DNA of 64,000 bases from an uncultured Clostridia bacterium (GTDB taxonomy: Bacteria; Bacillota; Clostridia; TANB77; CAG-508): assembly GCA_947626735.1 (NCBI GenBank), contig CANQTK010000004.1, positions 2,422 to 66,421 on the forward strand, written 5' to 3'. Positions 36,900 to 46,524 of the stretch are shown piece after piece. The position numbers and the translations under genes were made by a program. The notes beneath the pieces are model-generated. The model searched no databases and was not told the origin of the DNA. It saw nothing but the letters and a program-made list of their open reading frames with translations. Each line of letters begins with the position of its first letter. Position 1 is the stretch's first letter.

Positions 36900-37811
36900 A
36901 TGAGTTTTTTTGATAAATTAAAAAGTGGTTTAAATAAAACAAAAACATCGTTTGATGAAAAAATAAATCAGGTGTTTAGTGGTTTTCGAAAAGTAGATGA
37001 AGAATTATTAGAAGAATTAGAAGAAGTCTTAATTATGTCTGATGTAGGAACAGAGGCTTCTATTAAAATAATTGATAATTTAAGACAAAAAATCAAAAAA
37101 GAAAACATCAAAGAAGAGCAAGAAGTAAAAGAGGCATTAAAAGGAGAAATACAACAAATTTTAGAACAAACCGATAGTAGTTTAACATTAACCACAACTC
37201 CTTCCGTAATTTTAGTAGTAGGTGTCAATGGAGTAGGAAAAACCACTTCTATTGGTAAAATAGCAAATCGTTTGAAACAAGAAGGAAAAAAGGTAATTGT
37301 TGCAGCTGCTGATACTTTTCGTGCTGCTGCTGTAGAACAACTCGAAATTTGGGCGAATCGAGCAGGGGTAGATTTAGTCAAAAAAGAAGAAAAAGCAGAT
37401 CCCGCTTCTGTCGTATATGATGCCATAAAAATAGCCAAAGAGAAAAATGCAGATGTACTAATTTGCGATACCGCAGGAAGACTGCACAATAAAAAATATT
37501 TAATGGATGAATTAGAAAAAATAAAGAAAGTAATTGATCAACAACTACCAGAGGCAGATCAGGAAACATTACTAGTATTAGATGCTACTACAGGGCAAAA
37601 CGCTATTATGCAAGTAAAAGCTTTCCAAGAGACGGTTCCTTTAACAGGACTTATTTTAACCAAATTGGATGGTACAGCCAAGGGTGGTGTTGTTATTGGC
37701 ATTGTAGAAGAAAATAAACTTCCTATTAAATTTATTGGAGTAGGGGAACAAATCGATGATATGGAAGTTTTTGATGCGAAAGATTTTGTCAATGCCTTTT
37801 TAGAGGAATAA
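36900..37811 (+). CDS. ftsY: signal recognition particle receptor FtsY
   Basis: VGVNGVGKTTSIGK, DTAGRLHNK, TKLDGTAKGG and FIGVGEQIDD. Confidence 0.92.
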   Translation: MSFFDKLKSGLNKTKTSFDEKINQVFSGFRKVDEELLEELEEVLIMSDVGTEASIKIIDNLRQKIKKENIKEEQEVKEALKGEIQQILEQTDSSLTLTTTPSVILVVGVNGVGKTTSIGKIANRLKQEGKKVIVAAADTFRAAAVEQLEIWANRAGVDLVKKEEKADPASVVYDAIKIAKEKNADVLICDTAGRLHNKKYLMDELEKIKKVIDQQLPEADQETLLVLDATTGQNAIMQVKAFQETVPLTGLILTKLDGTAKGGVVIGIVEENKLPIKFIGVGEQIDDMEVFDAKDFVNAFLEE

Positions 37812-37840
37812 ACACAAAGAAAAAGGAGGAGGTTGTCACA

Positions 37841-40645
37841 ATGAAAATCAAGAAAAGACGTTTTTTTGTTGTCATAACAGTTGCTATATTAGCTAGCATC
37901 ATAGCTTACATTGCGTTTCGTGGTACCTATTTAGAAACAATGGAGATAGGACAAAACTATATTAGTGTATTTTGGCAAAACATAAAATATACAAGTTGTG
38001 CTTTCATTCTTAATTTTCTCATATTATATAGCATCATTTATTTTACTAATACAAGAATAAAAAATGGATTAAAAGAATTTTTTGATGTAGAAAAGAAACC
38101 AATGCCAAAATTATTAAATAAATCGATTGCCTTTATTAGTAGTCTTATTCTTAGTAGCACGACTTCTAGTTTTTTACTAGAAAAGGCAATGTTATGTTTT
38201 CATAGTGCACAATTTGGTGTGCAAGATCCAATTTTTGGTTTAGATATTGGCTATTTTATTTTTCAAAAACCATTTATTGAAGCTTGTATATGGTATTTTT
38301 TAGTTCTAGTAATAGCCTTATTAATCTATACCATTGCATATTATATTATAACTTTTAATATGTTTTTTGATGGAGTAGATCGAAAAACATTAACGAATAG
38401 TAAGTTAATAAAACAAGTTACTACGTTTATTATGATGATTGCTATATTATTTGCAGGACTTATTTTTATAAAAACACAAAGTATTGGAACAGAAAAGTTT
38501 TTAAACTTGCAAGATAATCAAACAAGCTATTCTTTATATGGGGCTAGTTTTACAGATGTAACTATAAAACTATGGGGATATCGTATTTTATCTATTGTTT
38601 TAATTGTATCTGTTTATTTAGCAATAAAAGCATGGAAAGAAGGAAAAACAAGAAAATTAATTTTGTGTATAGGAGTAGTCCCTTCTTATTTAGTAGGTAT
38701 GTTTTTAGTATTAGTCATTTTTCAAGAAGTTTTTGTTACTACCAATCAATTAGATAAGGAAAAGCAATATATCGCAACCAATATTCAATATACCAAAAAT
38801 GCTTATGGCATTAATTTAGAAGAAGTAAATTTGGACAATTCTTTAGAAAATATTACTTCTCAAGATTTAGCCAAATATGAAAAAGTAGTAAATAATATAG
38901 CAATTGTTAGTAAAGATATTGTATTAAAAGATTTACAAAATGCGCAAACAGCCAAAGGATATTACTCTTATTTGAATAGTCAAATAGGTAAATATAGCAT
39001 TAATGGAAAAGAACAATTAGTATATTTGTCGCCAAGAGAAATTGTAAGTAGTAATGGAACCTATAATAATAAAACTTACGAATATACACATGGGTATAGT
39101 AGTATTATTACTTCGGCTACTTCTACCAAAGAAAATGGAACGTTAAACCATATGCAAAAAGGTTTTGAGAAAACAAATGAAGCAATTACCATTACACAAC
39201 CAAGAATTTATTTTGGTATGCAAACAAACGATACAGTAGTAACTAATAGTAATAATAAGAAGGAATTTGATTATCCTATTTTGGATTCTACTTATGCAGA
39301 AAATGCGGAAAATACGTATCAAGGAGAAGCGGGATTAACCTTAAATTTCTTAGATCGAATGATAATAGCTTTAAAGGAAGGAAATTTGCAATTAGCATTT
39401 TCTAGTAATGTAACCAATACCAGTAAAATTTTAACAAATCGTAATATTATTGAAAGAGCACAAACAGTCATGCCTTATTTCATGTACGACCAAAATCCTT
39501 ATTTGGTCGTAACAGAAGAAGGAAAACTGGTATGGGTATTAGATGCTTATACTATTTCAAACGATTACCCTTATTCTCAAAAAACAACGTTAAGAGAAAA
39601 TTCAACAACTCGCTTGGAATTAAATTATATTCGAAATTCAGTAAAAGTATTAATTGATAGTTATAATGGCAATATTTCTTTTTATATTACGGATCGAACA
39701 GACCCAATTGCTATGGCATATCGTAATATTTATCCAGATCTATTTGTGGATTTGGAAGAAACAATACCAGCCGATATTAGCGAGCATTTTGTGTATCCAG
39801 AATATTTATATAAAATACAAGCCAATATGATTACTAGATATCATAATATTCAACCAGACGTTTTATATCGTAGTGATGACATTTGGGAAATTGCTACTTA
39901 TAATACAGGTAAAGTAATTACTAAAACAGGAACAGATATAGAGCCTTATTATACAATGGTAAAATTAGTAGAAGAAGAACAACCAATATTAGGATTAGTG
40001 TTGCCATATACACCACAAGGAAGACAAAATTTAATTTCTTATTTAGTAGGAAGTTGTGATAATAGTGGAAATAGTAAACTAACCATTTATAAATATCAAG
40101 CCGATAGTAATATTTTAGGACCAATGCAATTAGATACACAAATAGGACAAGATGAAACCATTACAAAAGAATTAGAAACCTTAAATGTAAATGGAACAAG
40201 AATGACAAAAAAAATGACGATTGTTCCACTTGACAACAATCTTTTGTATGTGGAATCCATTTATACACAATATATTAATGAACAAGATGCTCTTCCTACC
40301 TTAAAAAAAGTAATTGTAGCATCTGCCAATAAAGTGGCCATTGGTAATAATTTAAAAGAAGCACTAACGAATTTGGTTTCTCAAAATGCAGTGAATATTG
40401 AAGTAGAAAATACAGATACAGTAGAAGATTTAATTGATTTAATTATTAAAGCAAATCAAAATTTAAGTAATTCCAATGAAAGTAATGATTGGGAAATGAT
40501 AGGAAAAGATGTTAAAAGATTGCAAGAATTTATTCAAAAATTAGAAACTTTAGTAGAAGAAGAAAGAAAATTGCAAAATGAAATTGTAGAGCAACCACAA
40601 GATAACGAAATTGTAGTAGACAATGAAATACAAAATGTACAATAA
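37841..40645 (+). CDS. UPF0182 family large membrane protein
   Basis: 934 aa with about 7 N-terminal TM segments, then a large soluble region. YPYSQ and LTIYKYQADSNILGPMQLDTQIGQD ... LLYVESIY fit my memory of UPF0182/COG1615. Confidence 0.7.
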   Translation: MKIKKRRFFVVITVAILASIIAYIAFRGTYLETMEIGQNYISVFWQNIKYTSCAFILNFLILYSIIYFTNTRIKNGLKEFFDVEKKPMPKLLNKSIAFISSLILSSTTSSFLLEKAMLCFHSAQFGVQDPIFGLDIGYFIFQKPFIEACIWYFLVLVIALLIYTIAYYIITFNMFFDGVDRKTLTNSKLIKQVTTFIMMIAILFAGLIFIKTQSIGTEKFLNLQDNQTSYSLYGASFTDVTIKLWGYRILSIVLIVSVYLAIKAWKEGKTRKLILCIGVVPSYLVGMFLVLVIFQEVFVTTNQLDKEKQYIATNIQYTKNAYGINLEEVNLDNSLENITSQDLAKYEKVVNNIAIVSKDIVLKDLQNAQTAKGYYSYLNSQIGKYSINGKEQLVYLSPREIVSSNGTYNNKTYEYTHGYSSIITSATSTKENGTLNHMQKGFEKTNEAITITQPRIYFGMQTNDTVVTNSNNKKEFDYPILDSTYAENAENTYQGEAGLTLNFLDRMIIALKEGNLQLAFSSNVTNTSKILTNRNIIERAQTVMPYFMYDQNPYLVVTEEGKLVWVLDAYTISNDYPYSQKTTLRENSTTRLELNYIRNSVKVLIDSYNGNISFYITDRTDPIAMAYRNIYPDLFVDLEETIPADISEHFVYPEYLYKIQANMITRYHNIQPDVLYRSDDIWEIATYNTGKVITKTGTDIEPYYTMVKLVEEEQPILGLVLPYTPQGRQNLISYLVGSCDNSGNSKLTIYKYQADSNILGPMQLDTQIGQDETITKELETLNVNGTRMTKKMTIVPLDNNLLYVESIYTQYINEQDALPTLKKVIVASANKVAIGNNLKEALTNLVSQNAVNIEVENTDTVEDLIDLIIKANQNLSNSNESNDWEMIGKDVKRLQEFIQKLETLVEEERKLQNEIVEQPQDNEIVVDNEIQNVQ

Positions 40646-40671
40646 TAAGAAAAGGTATAAAATAAAGAAAA

Positions 40672-40703
40672 AAATACACCCTAAAGAAAGAAGGGTGTAT
40701 TTT
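40672..40703 (+). terminator. hairpin after the UPF0182 gene (weak U-tract)
   Basis: Stem aaatacaccc / gggtgtattt with an 11-nt loop. It abuts the ATG at 40704. Confidence 0.4.
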
Positions 40704-40994
40704 ATGTTTCGAAAAAAAGAAAAAGAAAATTTATTATTAAAACAGATAGATAATTTAAATAAAAATTTGTTAGAAAGTAATTTATTAGATATAGCGCAAT
40801 TATTAGGCAATAGAAAGAAAATGCTATGGACCAATTTAATAGCAGGCATGGCAAGAGGAATTGGAATCGGAATTGGGGTTACCATCATTACGGCCATTTT
40901 GATTATATTATTAAGAAAAATCGTGACGTTAAATATTCCTGTAATAGGAGAATATATTTCTGACATTGTAGAAATTGTACAAAAAAGTAGGTAA
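40704..40994 (+). CDS. small membrane protein (DUF5665-like)
   Basis: MFRKKEKENLLLKQIDNLNKNLLE ... AGMARGIGIGIGVTIITAILIILL. The start is chosen at the Met after the hairpin. The listed start at 40623 overlaps the upstream gene. Confidence 0.5.
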   Translation: MFRKKEKENLLLKQIDNLNKNLLESNLLDIAQLLGNRKKMLWTNLIAGMARGIGIGIGVTIITAILIILLRKIVTLNIPVIGEYISDIVEIVQKSR

Positions 40995-41066
40995 ATCTAT
41001 GATTTTACTTGCTTTTTTTTGCATAGTTTTATATAATAAAGACGTCTAAAAAAGGAGGAAATAAAG

Positions 41067-41663
41067 ATGAATTTAGCGAACCGATTAACTATTTTTCGAA
41101 TCTTGTTAGTACCTATTATGATCATTGTAACATTTTTTCATTGGGAAGGGGAATTTTTAGGAATACCAATCGTAGCATGGGTATTAAATGCCATCTTTAT
41201 CATTGCTTCTATTACCGACAAATTAGATGGGCATATTGCGCGTTCTAGAAACCAGGTTACGACTTTTGGAAAATTTTTAGACCCAATAGCAGATAAAGTA
41301 TTAGTAATTACTGCTTTAATTATTTTAGTAGAAGAGGGAAAACTTCCAGCATGGATTCCTACGATTATTGTATTTCGTGAATTCATTGTTTCAGGGTATC
41401 GCTTAATTTCAGTAGAAAAGGGAGGAAAAGTAATAGCTGCTAGTATTTGGGGAAAACTAAAAACAGTAACACAAATGCTTGCAATTATTGTAGCCTTTTT
41501 AGATAACAATGCCTTTGGTGCAATATTCCAAGAAAAATTAACGGGTTATGCTTTTGGCATCAATTGTGCAACAACAATTCTTATGACGGTTTCTGTCATT
41601 GCTACTATTTTCTCTGGTTGGGATTACATTAGAAATGGTAAGGAACTTTTAAAGGATAGATAA
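41067..41663 (+). CDS. pgsA: CDP-diacylglycerol--glycerol-3-phosphate 3-phosphatidyltransferase
   Basis: CDP-alcohol phosphatidyltransferase motif DKLDGHIARSRNQVTTFGKFLDPIADK. RBS aaaggagg. Confidence 0.88.
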   Translation: MNLANRLTIFRILLVPIMIIVTFFHWEGEFLGIPIVAWVLNAIFIIASITDKLDGHIARSRNQVTTFGKFLDPIADKVLVITALIILVEEGKLPAWIPTIIVFREFIVSGYRLISVEKGGKVIAASIWGKLKTVTQMLAIIVAFLDNNAFGAIFQEKLTGYAFGINCATTILMTVSVIATIFSGWDYIRNGKELLKDR

Positions 41664-41746
41664 AAGTAATAAAAATGAAGAAAAAGAAAAAGACAAACTT
41701 AAAATAGAAAATAAGAAAAAGAGCAAATAAAAGAAAGGGCAAAGAA

Positions 41747-42538
41747 ATGGAATTAATTCACTCAATCATAAAAAATAGAAAGTTAATTTGGCAATTAGGA
41801 AAAAACGATTTTAAAAACCGATTTGCTAGTACAAGCTTAGGAAGTATATGGGGCTTTTTACAACCCTTTGTTTTCATGTTTACTTATGTCATTGTCTTTC
41901 AATACATTTTAAAAACAGGTAGTAGTGGAAACATTCCTTATGTAGTATGGTTTTTACCCGGGGTAGCTATTTGGCAATGGCTAAATGATAGTATTATGTC
42001 GGCAAGTAACTCAATTCGAGCTTATAGTTACCTAGTAAAAAAAGTGGTATTTCCAGTAGACATCATTCCTATGATTTCTATTGTGGCTTCTAGTTTTGTG
42101 GGATTATTTCTAATCTTAGTAGCAACGGTGGTATGCTTGGTATTTGGGTATCTTCCAAATTTATTCGAATTTATTTATGTACTAGTTGCTTTTTTTGCCT
42201 TTATCATTGCTTTTACTAGATTTACTTCAGCCATTACCACACTTGTACCAGATTTTTCAAATTTATTAGGAATTATCATGCAATTGTTTTTTTGGTTTAC
42301 GCCTATTATTTGGAATTTATCTATGTTAGAAGAACATAACACGATTTTAACCCTCATCAAATGCAGTCCATTTACTTATTTGGTAACCGTTTTTCGAGAA
42401 GTATTCATCCCAGGAAATATGCTAACAGAAAATCATTTTTTATTTACGATTGTATTTTGGTTAATCACAGGCATTATGTTTTTATGGGGAAATAGTGTAT
42501 TCAAAAGAAATAAAAAAGATTTTGCAGATGTTTTGTAA
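41747..42538 (+). CDS. ABC-2 type polysaccharide/teichoic acid export permease (Wzm/TagG-like)
   Basis: 263 aa, 6 TM. N-terminal LGKNDFKNRFASTSLGSIWGFLQPF is typical of ABC-2 glycan exporters. Confidence 0.8.
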   Translation: MELIHSIIKNRKLIWQLGKNDFKNRFASTSLGSIWGFLQPFVFMFTYVIVFQYILKTGSSGNIPYVVWFLPGVAIWQWLNDSIMSASNSIRAYSYLVKKVVFPVDIIPMISIVASSFVGLFLILVATVVCLVFGYLPNLFEFIYVLVAFFAFIIAFTRFTSAITTLVPDFSNLLGIIMQLFFWFTPIIWNLSMLEEHNTILTLIKCSPFTYLVTVFREVFIPGNMLTENHFLFTIVFWLITGIMFLWGNSVFKRNKKDFADVL

Positions 42539-42556
42539 AAAGATAAGAAGGAAAAA

Positions 42557-43456
42557 ATGAAGAAAAAATCTATTTTTTATTGTAAATTATTCATTGGTAT
42601 TTTCATTATTTTATGTTTGGGAATGGTACTTTATCCTTTTATAGCTACCCCACAAATCAAATTAACACAACTATCTCCACAAGGCTCAAGACAAATGATG
42701 GGCTATTTGTTAAAAACAAAAGAAGGAAAGCTTATTGTCATTGACGGAGGAACGCTAGAAGATACCAACCAGTTAATAGAACAAATTAATCAAAATGGAG
42801 GAAAAGTAGAAGCTTGGTTTTTAACTCATGCACATGATGATCATGTAGGGGCATTTACACAAATTATCAACAATACAGATATGGAAGTAAACGCAATTTA
42901 TGTTTCTCCCAATGAGCTAGCATGGTATGAAGAATATGAACCACAAAGAGCAGACTTCACAAAAACTTTTCTAGATACCTTAAATTCAGAAAAAATAAAA
43001 AATAAGGTAGTGAATCCAAACTTAAATGAAACTTTTGAAATAGAAGGAATAAAAGTAGAAATATTAGGAATTCGAAATCCTGAAATTACAGAAAATGCTG
43101 GTAATGAGCAAAGTATGGTAATAAAATTTACGACCGACCATCATTGTTTCCTTGTTTTAGGGGATACAGGAGAAAAAAGTAGTCAAAAATTATTAGCAAC
43201 ACAAAAAGAAAAATTAAAAAGTGATATTGTGCAAATGGCACATCATGGACAAGCAGGTGCCACAAAAGAATTATATGAAGCAGTAGACCCTAAAATATGT
43301 TTATGGCCAACACCAGAATGGCTTTGGAATAATGATGCAGGAGAAGGAAAAAATACAGGTCCATGGAAAACGATGGAAACAAGAAGTTGGATAGAACAAT
43401 TACAAGTAAAAAAGAACTATATTGCCAAAGATGGAAATAAAACAATAGAAATATAA
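42557..43456 (+). CDS. membrane-anchored MBL-fold metallo-hydrolase (ComEC C-terminal domain-like)
   Basis: N-terminal TM anchor, HAHDDHVG (HxHxDH), LGDTGE and QMAHHGQ. Confidence 0.7.
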   Translation: MKKKSIFYCKLFIGIFIILCLGMVLYPFIATPQIKLTQLSPQGSRQMMGYLLKTKEGKLIVIDGGTLEDTNQLIEQINQNGGKVEAWFLTHAHDDHVGAFTQIINNTDMEVNAIYVSPNELAWYEEYEPQRADFTKTFLDTLNSEKIKNKVVNPNLNETFEIEGIKVEILGIRNPEITENAGNEQSMVIKFTTDHHCFLVLGDTGEKSSQKLLATQKEKLKSDIVQMAHHGQAGATKELYEAVDPKICLWPTPEWLWNNDAGEGKNTGPWKTMETRSWIEQLQVKKNYIAKDGNKTIEI

Positions 43457-43472
43457 AAGAGGTTTAAGTAGA

Positions 43473-44774
43473 ATGCAAGAAAATAGTAAAATGATAGAAA
43501 TTCATAATTTAACCAAAACTTATAAATTATATGCTAGTAAAAAAGCAAGGCTTTTAGAAGTAATACTTCCAGGCTACCATAAGCACGCAGAATTTAAAGC
43601 ATTAGATCAATTAACACTAGATGTAAAAAAAGGAGAAGTGTTAGGCATATTAGGAAAAAATGGTGCGGGTAAATCTACGTTATTAAAAATCATTACAGGA
43701 GTTGCTACACAAACATCAGGAACGATACAAGTGAAAGGCAAAATCAGTTCTCTTTTAGAATTAGGGACAGCTTTTAATTTAGAATTAACAGGAGAAGAAA
43801 ACATTTATCAACATGGACAAGTGATGGGACTAAGTAAAAAAGAAATCGAGGCAAAAAAACAAGAAATTATTGATTTTGCTGATATTGGAGAGCATTTGTA
43901 TCAACCAGTAAAAACTTATTCTTCTGGTATGTTTGCAAGATTAGCCTTTGCTTGTGCCATTAATGTAGATCCAGATATTTTAATTGTTGATGAAGTACTA
44001 TCGGTAGGAGATATGGCGTTTCAATTAAAATGCTTTAAAAAATTTCAAGAGTTTAAGACAAAAGGGAAAACCATTCTTTTTGTTACGCATAATGTATCGG
44101 ATATTTTAAAAAACTGTACAAGAACCATTATTCTAGAAAATGGATTAAAAGTATTTGATGGAGACGTAAAAGAAGGAGTAGAATTATATAAAAAAATGAT
44201 TACTGGCAATGCAAAAGGGCCAACTCTTGAGCAAAGTAAAAAAAAGGAAGATATCTTAGAAAATCAACATCATAAAGAAGAAACAGATTCATGGAAATCT
44301 CATTTTATAGAAAATCCAAATTTGATTGAATATGGTAATCATAAAGCAGAAGTAATTGATTATGGCATTTTTGACTTACAAGGTCAATATTTAACGATGA
44401 TTGATAATGAAAAAGAAGTGGTGTTAAAGTCAAAAATAAAATTTAACGAAACAATTGATAATCCTATTTTTACAATGACCATCAAAGATTTTAATGGAAT
44501 TGAAATTGTAGGAACCAATACCATGAATGAAAAAATATATCCAGGCAAATTTGAAAAGAATGATATCATAGAAGTGTCTTTTCAACAAAAATTACCGTTA
44601 GCACCAAATAAATATACACTATCTTTTAGCTGTACTTATATCAACGCAAAAGGGGAGCTAGAAGTATTAAATCGAAAGTATGAGGCACTTTTAATTGAAA
44701 TTATTTCAGCAAAAGATACTGTTGGCTTTTTAAGAATCGATTCACAAATTACAATAGAGAGAACGAAAAAATAG
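43473..44774 (+). CDS. polysaccharide/teichoic acid export ABC ATPase (Wzt/TagH-like) with a C-terminal extension of about 190 aa
   Basis: Walker A GKNGAGKST, signature YSSGM, Walker B ILIVDE. The beta-rich C-terminal domain after about residue 245 has a Wzt_C-like position. Confidence 0.85.
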   Translation: MQENSKMIEIHNLTKTYKLYASKKARLLEVILPGYHKHAEFKALDQLTLDVKKGEVLGILGKNGAGKSTLLKIITGVATQTSGTIQVKGKISSLLELGTAFNLELTGEENIYQHGQVMGLSKKEIEAKKQEIIDFADIGEHLYQPVKTYSSGMFARLAFACAINVDPDILIVDEVLSVGDMAFQLKCFKKFQEFKTKGKTILFVTHNVSDILKNCTRTIILENGLKVFDGDVKEGVELYKKMITGNAKGPTLEQSKKKEDILENQHHKEETDSWKSHFIENPNLIEYGNHKAEVIDYGIFDLQGQYLTMIDNEKEVVLKSKIKFNETIDNPIFTMTIKDFNGIEIVGTNTMNEKIYPGKFEKNDIIEVSFQQKLPLAPNKYTLSFSCTYINAKGELEVLNRKYEALLIEIISAKDTVGFLRIDSQITIERTKK

Positions 44775-44790
44775 AAAAAGAAGGGAAGCT

Positions 44791-46509
44791 ATGAAATTAA
44801 ATTTAGAATATTATGATGAAAATCAAGATTTAAAACCAATTTCAGAAGAAACAAAAGAGGTTTTAGAAAAGGTAGAAAACCATAAGGGAGAAGATTTATC
44901 GAAAGCTTTAGATTACCACTCTAAAATAAAAAATGTACTTGCTTTATCGGAAGTAAGAGAAAATCTTTTAAATTGGTATCCTTTTCAACAAGATTGTTCT
45001 ATTTTAGAGTTAAATGCTAATTATGGAGAAATGACAGGACTACTTTGTAAAAGAGCAAAACGAGTAGTCGCTATCGAATCTTCTAAACAGTATGCTACGA
45101 TTATAGAAAAAAGACATCAAAATCAACAAAATTTAGAGCTAATTGTGGGAAATTTTTCTCATCTTCCTCTTACAGAAAAATTTGATTATGTCGTTATCAT
45201 CGGCATGGAAGAAAAGTTACAAGAGGCAATAGAGTATGCTAAAAATCACTTAACGCAAGAGGGAATTCTATTACTTGCTGCCAATAATCAATTTGGGGTA
45301 AAATCATGGATTACCATGAAGGAAGAAGAAAATATTATACACAATCAAAATAGTGCTATTTCTAAAAAGAATTTAGAAGCGTTATTACAAGGAATGTATT
45401 ATCAATATTATTACCCTTTACCAAATTATAAATTACCTAATATCATTTACACTGAAAAATATATGCCTACAGAATCTAATATTTATCGAGATTTAACATA
45501 CAAAGATGGAAATGTAAACTTTAAAGAAGTAGAAGCATATCAAACCATTATAAAAAATCATCCAGAAGATTTTAAAAGATTTGCCAATTCTTTTTTATTA
45601 GAAATTTCTCATCATGAAATTGCCCAAAATGAGATTCAGTTTATTAGTTTTTCTAATATACGAAAAGAAGAATATCGTATTCAAACCATCGTAAAAGAAA
45701 AGGAAGTAGAGAAAAGAAACGTTAATGAAAAATCACAAAAACATCTACAAAAAATACAAAAAAATATCGAAATATTAAAACAATTAGGAATTCATACTTT
45801 AGATTCTTATGAACAAGATAAAATTATTAGCCAATATGCAACAGATCCAACCTTAGAAGAAAAATTGATAGAAATTTATCAAACACAAGGAAAAGAGGCT
45901 TTCCTACAAGAAATACAAAAATATAGGGAATTTTTAAAAGAAAAGTTAGAAGTAACACATGAAATAGAAAAAAATGTGTTTACCAAATATAAAATACCTT
46001 GTGAACAAAAATGGTTAGAGGAATTGACTTTTGTGAAATATGGTTTTTGGGATTTCATTTTTCAAAACTGCTTTATCAAACAGGAAAGTTATTATTTTTA
46101 TGATCAAGAGTGGCTAGAAGAAAATATGCCAATAGAGTATATTTTATATAGAGCAATTGTCTATAGTCATGGCATAAAAACATATCTTTCGGATGAGGAA
46201 ATTTTTGAAGAATTAAACATCACACCATTTATTTCTCTTTTTAAAGAACTAGACGATACATTACAGCAAAAAATACGAAAACCATTAGTTTGGAAACTTC
46301 ATACAGAAGAAGAACTAGAAAAAAATAAATACAATAAAGCAAAAAAACAGTTGCAAGAAAAAGATGAAGAAATTATAAAGTTACAAAAGGAAATACAAAA
46401 TTTAAAAAACGAAAATAAACAAAAACAAGAGGAAATGACAAACTTACAAAATTCTTTTTCTTGGAAAGTAACCAAACCGTTAAGAGCAATTCGAAGAATG
46501 GTAAAATAA
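44791..46509 (+). CDS. methyltransferase-fold-like protein with a long C-terminal coiled coil (candidate chain-terminating/length-regulating factor)
   Basis: Class I MTase-like block ILELNANYGEMTGLL ... VVAIESS ... DYVVIIGM (motif I is degenerate). C-terminal heptad-rich region EELEKNKYNKAKKQLQEKDEEIIKLQKEIQNLKNENKQKQEEMTNLQNSFSWKVTKPLRAIRR. Confidence 0.5.
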   Translation: MKLNLEYYDENQDLKPISEETKEVLEKVENHKGEDLSKALDYHSKIKNVLALSEVRENLLNWYPFQQDCSILELNANYGEMTGLLCKRAKRVVAIESSKQYATIIEKRHQNQQNLELIVGNFSHLPLTEKFDYVVIIGMEEKLQEAIEYAKNHLTQEGILLLAANNQFGVKSWITMKEEENIIHNQNSAISKKNLEALLQGMYYQYYYPLPNYKLPNIIYTEKYMPTESNIYRDLTYKDGNVNFKEVEAYQTIIKNHPEDFKRFANSFLLEISHHEIAQNEIQFISFSNIRKEEYRIQTIVKEKEVEKRNVNEKSQKHLQKIQKNIEILKQLGIHTLDSYEQDKIISQYATDPTLEEKLIEIYQTQGKEAFLQEIQKYREFLKEKLEVTHEIEKNVFTKYKIPCEQKWLEELTFVKYGFWDFIFQNCFIKQESYYFYDQEWLEENMPIEYILYRAIVYSHGIKTYLSDEEIFEELNITPFISLFKELDDTLQQKIRKPLVWKLHTEEELEKNKYNKAKKQLQEKDEEIIKLQKEIQNLKNENKQKQEEMTNLQNSFSWKVTKPLRAIRRMVK

Positions 46510-46524
46510 GAAAGGAACGAATAC

